From a candidate division FCPU426 bacterium (lineage in GTDB: Bacteria; Oederibacteriota; JAAXVQ01; JAUVAV01), in contig JBFLYH010000003.1 in the NCBI GenBank assembly GCA_040756875.1, positions 352,001 to 416,000 of the forward strand: a stretch of 64,000 nucleotides of DNA. The letters run 5' to 3'. The position numbers and the translations under genes are program-made. How positions within the stretch are numbered: the first letter of the stretch is position 1; every line of letters starts with the position of its first letter. Positions 30,793-40,900 of this stretch are shown here, in pieces. The notes under the pieces are model-generated. The model was given only the letters and a program-made list of their open reading frames with translations, searched no databases and was not told the DNA's origin.

Positions 30793-31368
30793 CTACCGCT
30801 TCCGGCGCAGGCGTTCGGCGGTGATGATGGCCTCGACCTGGCGTACTGCCCGCGCCAACGTGTGGTTGACCACCACATAATCATACGCATCGGCCTGGGT
30901 CATTTCCCAGCGCGCGTTGCGCAGCCGTTGGCGGATAATTTTCCTGCTGTCCGTGCCACGCCGCCGCAGCCGTTCGGCCAGCACGCGGTACGTGGGCGGT
31001 TTGACGAAAATCAGCACGGCCTCGGGGTCCTGCTTTTTGACCGCCAGGCCCCCTTGAACATCGATGACCAGGATCACGTCCCGGTCGCCGCGGCGCCGGC
31101 GGGCGATTTCGCTCCGCAGGGTTCCGTAATAATGGCCGTGGACCTTCGCCCATTCCAAAAAACAGCCGGCGCGCAAGTGCCGTTTGAAGGTGGCTTCGTT
31201 CCAAAAGTAATATTCGCGCCCGTGCTGTTCGCGTCCGCGGCGGGGCCGGGTGGTGGCGGATATGCTCCGGCTCAATTTCCGGTCGCGGCGCAGGAGCTGC
31301 TCGCAGATGGTGGTTTTGCCGCCGCCCGAAGGGGCCGACAAGACCAGCAACCGTCCGGTTCCACGCAT
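30793..31368 (-). CDS. gmk: Guanylate kinase
   Basis: SAPSGGGKTT, SATTRPRR, FLEWAKVHGHYYGT, IDVQG. Confidence 0.97.
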   Translation of the reverse strand: MRGTGRLLVLSAPSGGGKTTICEQLLRRDRKLSRSISATTRPRRGREQHGREYYFWNEATFKRHLRAGCFLEWAKVHGHYYGTLRSEIARRRRGDRDVILVIDVQGGLAVKKQDPEAVLIFVKPPTYRVLAERLRRRGTDSRKIIRQRLRNARWEMTQADAYDYVVVNHTLARAVRQVEAIITAERLRRKR

Positions 31369-31381
31369 CGCCGCCTCCGGC

Positions 31382-32260
31382 CTACTCCAGATTCTGCACC
31401 TGCTCGCGGATTTTTTCCATTTCTTCCTTCAGTCCCACCACCTGGTGGGCCAGTTTGGCGTCCACGGACTTGGCGCCGAGGGTGTTGAGTTCCCGGCCGA
31501 TTTCCTGAAGCAGGAAATCCATTTGCCGCCCCACGGGTTCCCCGGCCGACAGCAACTGGTGGAACTGCTCCAAATGCGAACGGAGCCGGACGACTTCCTC
31601 GGTCACGTCGGACCGCAATTGTTTGCTGATCAATTCCTGCACCAGGCGCCGGTTGTCCGCCTCCTTGGCGCCCAGCCAATCCGCCACTTTCAACCGCATC
31701 TGCTGTTCCTGCCGCCGCCAGCTTTCCCGGGCGGCCAGTTCCACGGGGGTCAAGCGGTGCTGGATGTAGTTCACCCGGCGGCGGATGTCCTGGCCCAGGC
31801 GCCGCCCTTCGGTCAGGCGCATTTGGGCGAGACGCCGCAAAGCCTTCAGCAGGGCCTGCTTGACCAGCGGCCGGATGGGCGCGGTCTCGACCGGCCTCTC
31901 CTCGACGCGTACAACATCCGGCAGCCGCACCAACAGCGACAGATCCAGGGCGGAAGCAAGCTTGAGGCGCTTGCCGGCGGCGCGCAAGGCTTTGAGATAT
32001 TTGCCGGCCAGGGCCGTGTCCACCAGCGGCTCGCGGTCTCCGGCCAGGGGTGACAGTACGTGCAGGAAAACCTCGACCCGGCCCCGGCTGATCGCCCTTT
32101 GGACTTCGCGTTTGATAAACGGCTCCAGTTCCCACAGTCCGACAGGCAAGCGGATGCTGGTTTCCAGATGCCGGTGGTTCACCGTACGTATCTCCACGGC
32201 CACGGCCACGCCCCGGCCGCGCGCTTCGCCCCGGCCGTATCCAGTCATGCTGGCGATCAT
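31382..32260 (-). CDS. yicC: YicC/YloC family endoribonuclease
   Basis: SMTGYGR, EIRTVNHR, RGRV, DVTEEVVRLRSH, GRQMDFLLQEIGRELNTLGAK, EKIREQVQNLE. Confidence 0.95.
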   Translation of the reverse strand: MIASMTGYGRGEARGRGVAVAVEIRTVNHRHLETSIRLPVGLWELEPFIKREVQRAISRGRVEVFLHVLSPLAGDREPLVDTALAGKYLKALRAAGKRLKLASALDLSLLVRLPDVVRVEERPVETAPIRPLVKQALLKALRRLAQMRLTEGRRLGQDIRRRVNYIQHRLTPVELAARESWRRQEQQMRLKVADWLGAKEADNRRLVQELISKQLRSDVTEEVVRLRSHLEQFHQLLSAGEPVGRQMDFLLQEIGRELNTLGAKSVDAKLAHQVVGLKEEMEKIREQVQNLE

Positions 32261-32505
32261 ACCGTCTCTCCGTTTCCAGCGGCCCCGCGCTCAACGGCCC
32301 AGTAAATCAGCCAGGCCCCGGCCAGGCCCATTCCGGTAAGCAGCACGGTAAACATAAGGATGACTTCCGCCACATCAGCCCGCAGCGGCAGCAACGAAAG
32401 CAGCGTCAACAACGCCAATCCGAGCAGCAAAACCCAAAGGCTTATGGCTGCGCGGAATGACGCGTCTTTTTTACCCTTGTTTTTCAATGGTATTCTGGCA
32501 GCCAT
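32257..32505 (-). CDS. Small hypothetical membrane protein (2 TM)
   Basis: Two hydrophobic segments, ATGA overlap with yicC, promoter immediately upstream. Confidence 0.6.
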   Translation of the reverse strand: MAARIPLKNKGKKDASFRAAISLWVLLLGLALLTLLSLLPLRADVAEVILMFTVLLTGMGLAGAWLIYWAVERGAAGNGETV

Positions 32506-32551
32506 CGCTTCCGCCTGTATTCACGCCGGAAGAATTGGATGAAAGGTTTAG

Positions 32552-32580
32552 ATTGTACTGGCAAAGGCGGTTTTTGTCAA
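32552..32580 (-). promoter_or_regulatory. Sigma70-like promoter for the yicC-gmk operon
   Basis: TTGACA-17 nt-TACAAT. Confidence 0.65.
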
Positions 32581-32607
32581 TCAGCGATATATTATATGGA
32601 AGACTGG

Positions 32608-33594
32608 TTACATCTCCAGCCTCAGGGTCACCCAGTGGTCCCACCCTTCGATGCGGTCGGTTTGCGCCGCGTAATCCAGGCGCAAGGCGATGCGTCCCCA
32701 GCCGATGGAGGGTAGGCGCAAGCCGCCGCCGATTGCCCATGCGCCGTCCATCCAGCCGCCGCGCGCAAACAAAATCCGGTTGAAACCGTATTCCAGTCCG
32801 GCCCGCGTTTGGGGTACGCGCCGTTCGGAAAGCGTCTGCACCCCCTCAATGCTGACAAGCAGATCCTGGGCTTCCAGCCACGACCAGGCGTAGGCCACAC
32901 CCAGATGGATTACAGCGGGAAAACGGTCGCGGGCGCCGGTGGACCATTGCAAATCGGCATAGGCGTTCCGCAAAACCAGGGCCACGGTCAACCCGGAAAA
33001 CGGCAGCCAGCGTGCGCCTGCATCCAATCCCCAGCCCGAGGCTTGTTCCCGCTCCAGCAAATGATAAAACCCCTTGAGGCCCAGGCCTACTGACAATTGC
33101 CGGTCGAAAAAAGGATGCCCGTAAGCCAGCCCATAACTGCCTTCGATATCCGAAAATAAATAATCCGGATTCAGCGAGTCAATGCGCCGGGCTTCCAGGG
33201 CGTAAGAGCCGGCGAAGCGGAGAATGGTCAGTCCCAGGGCGCCGAGCGGCAGGGAGCCCGTGCTCCCGGCTCGTTCGTCGGTTGGAAACGCGAAAGCGTT
33301 CAGCGGCAGCGCGAAATGCACCTGCGAATAATCGCCGCCGGCCGGAAGGGCCGCATACGTGCCCGAACCCTCGAGACGCGTCATGGACGCGAGGCCGGCC
33401 GGATTCCAGAAGCCGGCCGCGCTGTCCTCGCAGACCGCGGTGTACGCGCCGCCCAATCCCAGGGCCCGCGCATCCGCCCCCAGTTTTAGGAAGGCTCCCG
33501 CCTGTCCGCCGCCCGGTTCCGCGCGCAGGCCCGCGGCCAGGCCCAGGCAGATCAGGCAGCAGACCGCGGTTCCCAACCGCCGCGTCCAGGTCAT
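32608..33594 (-). CDS. PorV/PorQ-like outer-membrane barrel
   Basis: GQAGAFLKLGADARALGLGGAYTA...WNPAGL, GWGLDAG, GLEY, LDYA, HWVTL; ATGA overlap with the upstream subtilase. Confidence 0.82.
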   Translation of the reverse strand: MTWTRRLGTAVCCLICLGLAAGLRAEPGGGQAGAFLKLGADARALGLGGAYTAVCEDSAAGFWNPAGLASMTRLEGSGTYAALPAGGDYSQVHFALPLNAFAFPTDERAGSTGSLPLGALGLTILRFAGSYALEARRIDSLNPDYLFSDIEGSYGLAYGHPFFDRQLSVGLGLKGFYHLLEREQASGWGLDAGARWLPFSGLTVALVLRNAYADLQWSTGARDRFPAVIHLGVAYAWSWLEAQDLLVSIEGVQTLSERRVPQTRAGLEYGFNRILFARGGWMDGAWAIGGGLRLPSIGWGRIALRLDYAAQTDRIEGWDHWVTLRLEM

Positions 33595-35198
33595 CGCAGC
33601 ACCGCCATGGCTTTGACCGGGCTGGAAGGCCCGCCGGGCGACGTCATCTGAAAGTAATAGATGCCATTGGCCACGGGCTCACCCCAGCCGTTGCGGCCTT
33701 CCCACAGGATGACATTCTTGCCGGCCAGCGTGGCAGCCGCAGCCAGCGAGCGGTGGAACACCAATTCCCGGCCGGCGTCGTAAATGCGCAAGTCCACGTC
33801 CCGCGGGCGGTCCAACAGAAAAACGATCCGGGTTGCGTCGTCCTGGCCGGGCCGGAAAGGATTGGGATAATTATACGCGGTCATGACCGGCCGTTCGACC
33901 GGCGGGTTTCCCAGGGCGGCCAGCAAGTCGATCCGTCCGGCGCCGGTCTGTTCATCCGGGCCGGCCGGCCCCAGATCCACGGCGGTCGCAGCCAACGCGT
34001 TCTCCACCTGATCGGCGCTCCATCCCGGCTGATGGCCCCACACCACGGCAGCCGCGCCGGAAACCATGGCTGCGGCCATGGACGTGCCGGCGGTCACGGC
34101 GTACTCGCCGGCTTCCGATCCGCCGACGAAATCAGAAATCCGGCTGTTTTCGCTCCAAAAGGTGCTGAGCATGCCCGTATCCTTGGAAAACAAGGTTCCG
34201 CCGGCCCCGCCCGGAGCCGCCATGTCCACCGTGGAACTGGAAGTCGAGTAGCTGGCCCGCTGGTCCCAGGGATCCGTGGCTGCGACCGAGACCACGTGGT
34301 TCAACCCGGCTGGATAAAATAGTTCCTCCTGGCCCGAATTGCCGGACGCGGCGACGATCAGGCAGCCGCGGCCGTAGGCGTCGTCCACGGCGTCCTGCAC
34401 GGCCTGCGGATAATCCTGCCCTGCGGCCGGACCTCCCAAGGACAGGTTGATGATGCGCGCGCCCATGTCCACGGCCCAGCGGATGCCGGCGGCGATGTCC
34501 GCGTCCGTCCCCTCTCCCTTGTTGTTCAAAACCTTGACCGGCATGATTTTTCCGAACCAGGCGCATCCCGCCAGGCCCAGGGCATTGTCCGCGCCGGCTG
34601 CGATCAACCCCGCTACGTGCGTGCCGTGCCCGTTGTCGTCCTGCCCGTTGGCGGGCGGAGTATACCCGGACTGGTTGACCAGCGAGATGCCTTGCACCAG
34701 GCGGTCCTTCAATTCGGGGTGTTTCAGGTCCACGCCGCTGTCCACGACTGCGATCACCAGATCGTCCCTGCCTTTGGCCAGGGACCACGCGTAATTGGCG
34801 TTGATCTTGGGCAGGTACCACTGTTGATATTGCCGCTGGTTGTGGTCCGGACGGTAGTAGGGATCATTGGGCGTGACTTCCACGGCCAGGGCGTGCCGCC
34901 AGTAATTGGGTTGCACCTGCAGCACGCCGGGATCCCGGCGAAGGGCCGCGGCGGCGCTGAACACCGAAGCGCCGGAGGACGGCGACTGCCGTCTCCAGCC
35001 CAAAGCGGCGAGCGGGTCAGCCGGCGAGGTCCCCGGAGGGGTCCGCCCTTTCACCAGCACGTCCTCGGGCTGGCGCTGGACTACCTGGGCCGGCTGGACC
35101 AGGACCGGTTCCGATGCCTGGGCGCTGCATACGCCAACCGCCAGACAGCAGGCCGCCAGCAAAACCCAGGTGCTTGTACGTCGTGAGTCAAATGTCAT
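33591..35198 (-). CDS. Secreted S8 subtilase with FlgD-Ig/T9SS-like CTD
   Basis: VVDSG, GHGTHVAG, GTSMAAA; CTD NYPNPF...IYDAGRE...WEGRNGWGEPVANGIY. Confidence 0.92.
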   Translation of the reverse strand: MTFDSRRTSTWVLLAACCLAVGVCSAQASEPVLVQPAQVVQRQPEDVLVKGRTPPGTSPADPLAALGWRRQSPSSGASVFSAAAALRRDPGVLQVQPNYWRHALAVEVTPNDPYYRPDHNQRQYQQWYLPKINANYAWSLAKGRDDLVIAVVDSGVDLKHPELKDRLVQGISLVNQSGYTPPANGQDDNGHGTHVAGLIAAGADNALGLAGCAWFGKIMPVKVLNNKGEGTDADIAAGIRWAVDMGARIINLSLGGPAAGQDYPQAVQDAVDDAYGRGCLIVAASGNSGQEELFYPAGLNHVVSVAATDPWDQRASYSTSSSTVDMAAPGGAGGTLFSKDTGMLSTFWSENSRISDFVGGSEAGEYAVTAGTSMAAAMVSGAAAVVWGHQPGWSADQVENALAATAVDLGPAGPDEQTGAGRIDLLAALGNPPVERPVMTAYNYPNPFRPGQDDATRIVFLLDRPRDVDLRIYDAGRELVFHRSLAAAATLAGKNVILWEGRNGWGEPVANGIYYFQMTSPGGPSSPVKAMAVLR

Positions 35199-37777
35199 TA
35201 GCGCGACTTCCCTTTGGTCAACTGTATCGTTTCACCCTCCAGGCGCCCCTGAATGACGTCGCCGGGCTGAAAATCGCCGGCGACCAGCCTCTTAGCCAAG
35301 GGATCCGCGAGCAGCCTTTGCAGCGCCCGTTTCAATGGCCGCGCCCCGTATACGGGATCGTATCCCTCCCTCGCGATCAAGTCCTTGGCCCGGTCGTCCA
35401 GCTCCAGCCTGAGCCGTTTGGCCTCCAGCCGGGTTTTCAGGTGTTCCAGCTGCCGCTCCACGATTTGGCGCAGCAATCCGTCGTTGAGACGGTGGAAAAT
35501 GATGATGTCGTCCAGGCGGTTGAGAAATTCCGGCTTGAATTGGGCGCGCAACTCTTCCATCACCGCGGTCTGCAGCTCGTCCTCAGACGCGCCGGCCATG
35601 CGTGACAGCGTTGCGCCGCCGACATTGCTGGTCAGGATGATCAGCGCCTGGCGGAAATCCACGGTCCGTCCCTGGCCGTCGGTCAACCGCCCGTCATCCA
35701 GAACCTGCAGCAGAATGGAAAACACCTCGGGATGGGCTTTTTCGATCTCGTCGAACAGGATGAGGCAGTATGGCCGGCGCCTGACCACTTCGGTCAGCTG
35801 TCCGCCTTCCTCGTAGCCCACGTATCCCGGGGGCGCCCCGATCAGGCGGGCCACGGAATGGCGCTCCATGTATTCGGACATGTCGATCCTCACCATGGCG
35901 GATTCGTCGTCGAACAGAAACGCCGCCAGGGCGCGCGCAAGTTCGGTCTTGCCCACGCCGGTGGGGCCGAGAAACAGAAAAGACCCCAGCGGCCGGTTGG
36001 GCTCAGCCAGGCCGGAGCGCGCGCGGCGTACGGCGTCGGAAACCGCCTGCACGGCCTCGTCCTGCCCCACGACCCGCCGCCGCAGCGTTTCCTCCATCGT
36101 CAGCAACTTGGCGGTCTCGCCTTGCAGAAGCTTGGTCACGGGGATGCCCGTCCAGCGGGCGACGACTTCGGCCACGTCTTCCTCGTCCACTTCGTCCTTC
36201 AGCAGGGCCTGCTCTTTGGCGGACGGCCCCGCCTGATCCAGTTTGGCCTGCAGCTCGCGCAGGCGGCCGTAACGGATCTCGGCCACCCGTTCGAGGTTGC
36301 CTTCCCGTTCCGCCCGCGCTTCCTCCTGTTTAAGCGCCTCCACCTGTTCCTTGAGCTTCTGCGCCGTTTCGATTTCCTGCTTTTCGCGCTGCCATTGGTC
36401 GCGCAGGGTGTTGCGGCGCGCCGACTGGGCCTTCAACTCCTGCTCCAGGTGGCGCATCCGGTTTTGGACCGCTTCCCCGGATTCGCGCTTCAAGGCTTCC
36501 CGTTCGATCTCCAGCTGCCTGACTTTGCGTTCGACCTCGTCCAGTTCGGACGGCAGACTGTCGATCTCGGTGCGCAGGCGCGAGGCGGCTTCATCCACCA
36601 GGTCGATGGCCTTGTCCGGCAAAAAGCGGCCGGTGATGTAGCGGTGCGACAATTCCGCGGCCGCCACCAACGCGGCGTCGCGGATTTTCACCCCGTGGTG
36701 CAACTCGTAGCGCTCCCGCAAGCCGCGCAAAATGGACACCGTGTCCGCCACGGTCGGCTCGCCGACCATCACCACCTGGAAGCGCCGCTCCAGCGCCGCG
36801 TCCTTCTCGATGTATTTTTTATATTCGTTCAAGGTCGTGGCGCCGATGCAGCGCAGTTCGCCGCGCGCCAGGGCGGGTTTCAGCATGTTGGAGGCGTCGA
36901 TCGCGCCTTCCGCCGCCCCGGCGCCCACCACGGTATGCAGTTCGTCGATGAAAAGGATGACTTCCCCGCCGGCGTCGGCGATCTCCTTCAGGACCGCCTT
37001 GAGGCGGTCCTCGAATTCGCCGCGGTATTTGGCGCCGGCCAGGAGGGCGCCCATGTCCAGGGACAGCACCCGCTTGTGCTTCAATCCTTCGGGGACATCC
37101 CGGGCGATAATGCGCTGAGCCAGCCCTTCGGCAATGGCGGTCTTCCCCACCCCGGGCTCGCCGATGAGCACCGGATTGTTTTTGGTGCGCCGCGACAGCA
37201 CCTGGATGACGCGGCGGATCTCCGCGTCGCGTCCAATGACCGGATCGAGCTTGCCGGATTGCGCCCGATCGGTCAAATCCGTGCAGTACCGTTTCAGCGC
37301 CTGGTACTTGTCCTCGGGATTGGGATCAGTGACGCGGTGGCTTCCGCGGATTTCCTGCAACGCCGACAGGGCGGACTCTGGCTTGACGCCGGCCGCGGAC
37401 AGGACTTTGCCGGCGGTTCCGCGGTCCGCTAGCATGGCCAAAAAGAGGTGCTCAGTGGACAGGTATTCGTCCTGAAGTTCCTGGGTCTTGGTCCAGGCCG
37501 TTTCGAGCACCTGGTTGAGGTCGCGGGACGGGGCGGGCTGGGCGGCAGCTCCGGCCACTTGAGGCAGGCGCTTCAGTTCCGCCTCGGCCAAACGGCCGAG
37601 CAGGCCCGCATCCAGGCCCAGCTTTTCCAACAAGAGGGGAACCACCCCTCCGGTCTCGGCCAGCAACGCCTGCAGCAGGTGTAGCGGCTGGACTTCGGGG
37701 TGCCCGCGCTCCGCCGCCGCGGCAACGGCTTGCTGCAGCGCTTCCTGGCTTTTGACGGTAAAGCGATCGTAACGCAT
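35198..37777 (-). CDS. clpB: Chaperone ClpB
   Basis: Two AAA+ modules ([16 protein letters not shown]), long coiled-coil middle domain, [14 protein letters not shown]. Confidence 0.98.
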   Translation of the reverse strand: MRYDRFTVKSQEALQQAVAAAAERGHPEVQPLHLLQALLAETGGVVPLLLEKLGLDAGLLGRLAEAELKRLPQVAGAAAQPAPSRDLNQVLETAWTKTQELQDEYLSTEHLFLAMLADRGTAGKVLSAAGVKPESALSALQEIRGSHRVTDPNPEDKYQALKRYCTDLTDRAQSGKLDPVIGRDAEIRRVIQVLSRRTKNNPVLIGEPGVGKTAIAEGLAQRIIARDVPEGLKHKRVLSLDMGALLAGAKYRGEFEDRLKAVLKEIADAGGEVILFIDELHTVVGAGAAEGAIDASNMLKPALARGELRCIGATTLNEYKKYIEKDAALERRFQVVMVGEPTVADTVSILRGLRERYELHHGVKIRDAALVAAAELSHRYITGRFLPDKAIDLVDEAASRLRTEIDSLPSELDEVERKVRQLEIEREALKRESGEAVQNRMRHLEQELKAQSARRNTLRDQWQREKQEIETAQKLKEQVEALKQEEARAEREGNLERVAEIRYGRLRELQAKLDQAGPSAKEQALLKDEVDEEDVAEVVARWTGIPVTKLLQGETAKLLTMEETLRRRVVGQDEAVQAVSDAVRRARSGLAEPNRPLGSFLFLGPTGVGKTELARALAAFLFDDESAMVRIDMSEYMERHSVARLIGAPPGYVGYEEGGQLTEVVRRRPYCLILFDEIEKAHPEVFSILLQVLDDGRLTDGQGRTVDFRQALIILTSNVGGATLSRMAGASEDELQTAVMEELRAQFKPEFLNRLDDIIIFHRLNDGLLRQIVERQLEHLKTRLEAKRLRLELDDRAKDLIAREGYDPVYGARPLKRALQRLLADPLAKRLVAGDFQPGDVIQGRLEGETIQLTKGKSR

Positions 37778-37854
37778 GAACCATCGCTCCTTAGACAGTG
37801 ATCAATCTATAAAATATCAGAAAAACCGGCGAATATAAAGGGGGGATAAAAGAT

Positions 37855-37882
37855 GTAGGGGCGTTCAATTGAACGCCCCTAC
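37855..37882. repeat. GTAG-type REP palindrome
   Basis: Perfect 28-bp palindrome GTAGGGGCGTTCAATTGAACGCCCCTAC, 18 nt downstream of the 2236-aa gene stop. Confidence 0.7.
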
Positions 37883-37900
37883 TCAGGGATCTGCCAGGGA

Positions 37901-40900
37901 TTACGCCGCAGCTCCGGTCCGCAGGATCTTGCGCCGCACCGGCGGCAACGGCTTGCCCTGGGTGTCGAAGACATCCAGGAAGAACAGCAGATCGTCGCGC
38001 AGGTGGGTGTTGTAAATGCTGGCCGGCAGCGTGGTCTGGATGACTTTCCCGGAATCCAGCAGGACCTGCACAGGGAATTGCTGGAACGGCTCGATGCGGG
38101 TCATGACTTGGAACAGGCTTTCCTGGTACGCCTCGAAATCAGCCACGTCCCGCCGGCTCACTTCACGCATCAGCAGGGTGACGACGCGCTGCAGGTTATA
38201 CGGCGTGATATCGCGCTCCAGGCGGTCCAGGGCCCGCTGCAGCAACAGGCTGAAGCGCCGGTCCTTGATGGCAACCGCCACCTGGGCCAGACGCGCCGCT
38301 GAAGCCTCGGGATTTTTCAGCAGTTGTTGCTGCTCGGCCCGCAGTTGGGCCAGTTCCTGCTTGGCTTGATCCGCCGAGCGGGTCAGGTTGGCCTTAAGGC
38401 CGGGATGGGCGCCTTCCAGCTGGTTGAAGTGGCGCTGCAGGGTGGTGGCCGGCGCGAAGTAGAACATGACCGATTGCAGCTGGTCGGATTCGGAAAGCAG
38501 AGCGAACAACTCGGGATAAAGCGGCACCAGGTTTTGAATCCGCACCAGGTTCATCAGCAGTTTGAACACGCTGTGATTGGACAAAAACCGGTTAAACCGC
38601 ACGAACTGGCTTAAGCTGTATTTGAGGGAAACAGGCACCTCTCCGGGCTGCAAGGTTTCCAACACCCGCTGTTTTTCGATCAATCCCTGCAAATCCTGAA
38701 TTTGCTGCCGAAGCAAGGGCGACAGGGATTCCATGGCCCGCCGTTCCCCGAACACCACGCGCACCATCAACTGCAGGGATTTCACGAAATCAGGATGGGT
38801 GATCACGCGGAAAAGCGGCAGCCTGCGGCCTTGGCGGTCGCGGGTTCTGGCCACCTGGGCCAGCGTATCCATGACCAGCGACCCGGCCGCGAAACCCAGC
38901 AGCAGCGCCGAGACCACTTTGGCCATGCCCCGCTTCTGTTCGTGGGCGGTGACTTTCATCTCAGGGCTCCACGCCTCCACGTTCATGCGCGGCTGCGACA
39001 CCATGCGCCCCCGCTTGAAGCGATAGAAAACATCCGAAGCGAACAAAGACGGCGGCTCGGCCACTTCCTGGCCGCGCAAACGCAGCAGGCGGTTGGCCAG
39101 GGCTTTATCGCTGATGACCGTGGTCACGGCATCCAGGCCCAACAGCGCCTCGGCTTGGGCATTCAGCTGGCGGTCGGACAAGCCTTGCGCCGCTTGTTCG
39201 CCGAGCTGTTCCATCACGAATGATCTGGCCTCCTGCTGCCATTGCGTCAATGCCTCGCTCTCCAGGCCCAACTCCTCCTGCAGATCGTCCCGTTCCACGG
39301 CACTGGCTACGGATGAGGTTTCCAAGGTGTCGGCGTTGAACAAGGACTGCATGAACAGCGAGTTGAAATCGTATCCTGCCAGCGAAGCCAGCGCCACTTC
39401 GCTCAAACCGAACAACAACACGCCCTGGGCTCCGGTCCTGGCGGCGCGCTCAAGGGCGCGATATGCGGACTGGTTGAAGTCCACCACCACGCGTTCCGCG
39501 CCCTGGGCCAAGGCCGGTTGGGCCGCGGTCCGCAAGGCCGTCAAGGGCAGCTGGATGCCGGTTTGCGAGGCGGCCTGAAAGCCGACGACCGAGGTCAAAA
39601 GGTTGTTGACCTGGCCGGGCGTGCTTTGCAGCTGCTGCACGGTGGCCGCGCTGACCAGCAAATACCCTTCCAATTCGGTCTGATTGCGCATTTGCGAAAG
39701 CAGCCGTTGGTGGTCGGCCAGCAGCGCGTCCCATCCCGCTTTGCCGGCAAAGGCTTTCTGTGCTTCATCCATCTTTATGGCCGGCACTTTCACGCCGACT
39801 GTCGCTTCCCCGTTCCGGCCTATCACGACGGTCAAAGGCGACAGGTTGCTGCCTGCCTCTGACAGCACGGCCAGGCTGTTGGGCGCGCGCCAGTCCGTCG
39901 GCGCCAGGCGCTGGCCGGTGGCCGGATCAACGGGAAAGAGCGTGGTCTGAATGCGGTCGGCCAGTCCCGTGCCCACGCCTGAAGCCCGCAGGCTTTCCAG
40001 CATGGCGTCGATCCTGGCTTTCAATTGCGGGTTGTCCAATCCCAGGGTGACCGTCTGCCCGTCCGGCAATGTGTTCAACACCTGCGCGGCTTGTCCGAGG
40101 ATGTAGAGCGCCCGTTGTTCTGATAGCAATTGCTCCTTGGCCGACCCGGGCATGGCCAACCCGCCCAGCAAAGGAACAAAGTAGGATCTGCCACCGGGCA
40201 CATAAGGCTGGGTTTCGGATGGACCGATGCCCGTGGGACTCAGCGTCAGTTGGCCGTCTTCAGTCAGTCCAGCAACCATCCGGGCGGCTTGGGCAACACT
40301 GCGTCCGGGCAATTCCTGGCCAGGGACGCTCTGGTTCAATCCCTGAGTGTTGACTGCGTTCGTCCCGGTATTGACGGTGGTCTGCGCGTTCTGCGCGCCG
40401 AGTGACAATACGGGAACCAGGTTGGATTGTCCCGGCAGTCGCACCTCGGCAGGCAAAGCGAACGCGCCCGGCGGAGGCACGCCGTCCGCGGGATAGCGGG
40501 GCAAGCCGGTGAGATCGGTATCCACCAGCCCGGCAGTCTCGGCCGCCATGACGCCCGTGGCGAAGTCGTTGGACGCAACCGGCGCTTCCGAGGTAACGGC
40601 AGAAGCCGGCAGCTGGGAGAACGAAACCAATTGGGTTTCCTGGTCCTCCTTGCGGCCCGCTTCGACCATGTCCTCGTTTTTATCCATCATGGTTTGGACG
40701 AATCTGCTGGTCGACAATGTTTGGTCAGCCTCTTGCCGTGTCCTTCGCTTGGCTTCGGAACCATCCTCGCCGAGGCGTGCTGGCTGTACGGGCGCCGAGG
40801 CGACTGTTTCGCTCGTGAGCGAAAGCTGTATGACGGGCTGATCCAGTTCATGTTCAAGTAAGGATCGCAACGTCGGACGTTTGGCCGCCTTGGGTTCTTC

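Noticed and set aside
30693-30890. N-terminal extension of the 135-aa ORF containing rpoZ
   Set aside because: Overlaps gmk; the RBS supports a start at 30692.
35732-37432. 566-aa plus-strand ORF
   Set aside because: Antisense shadow of clpB.
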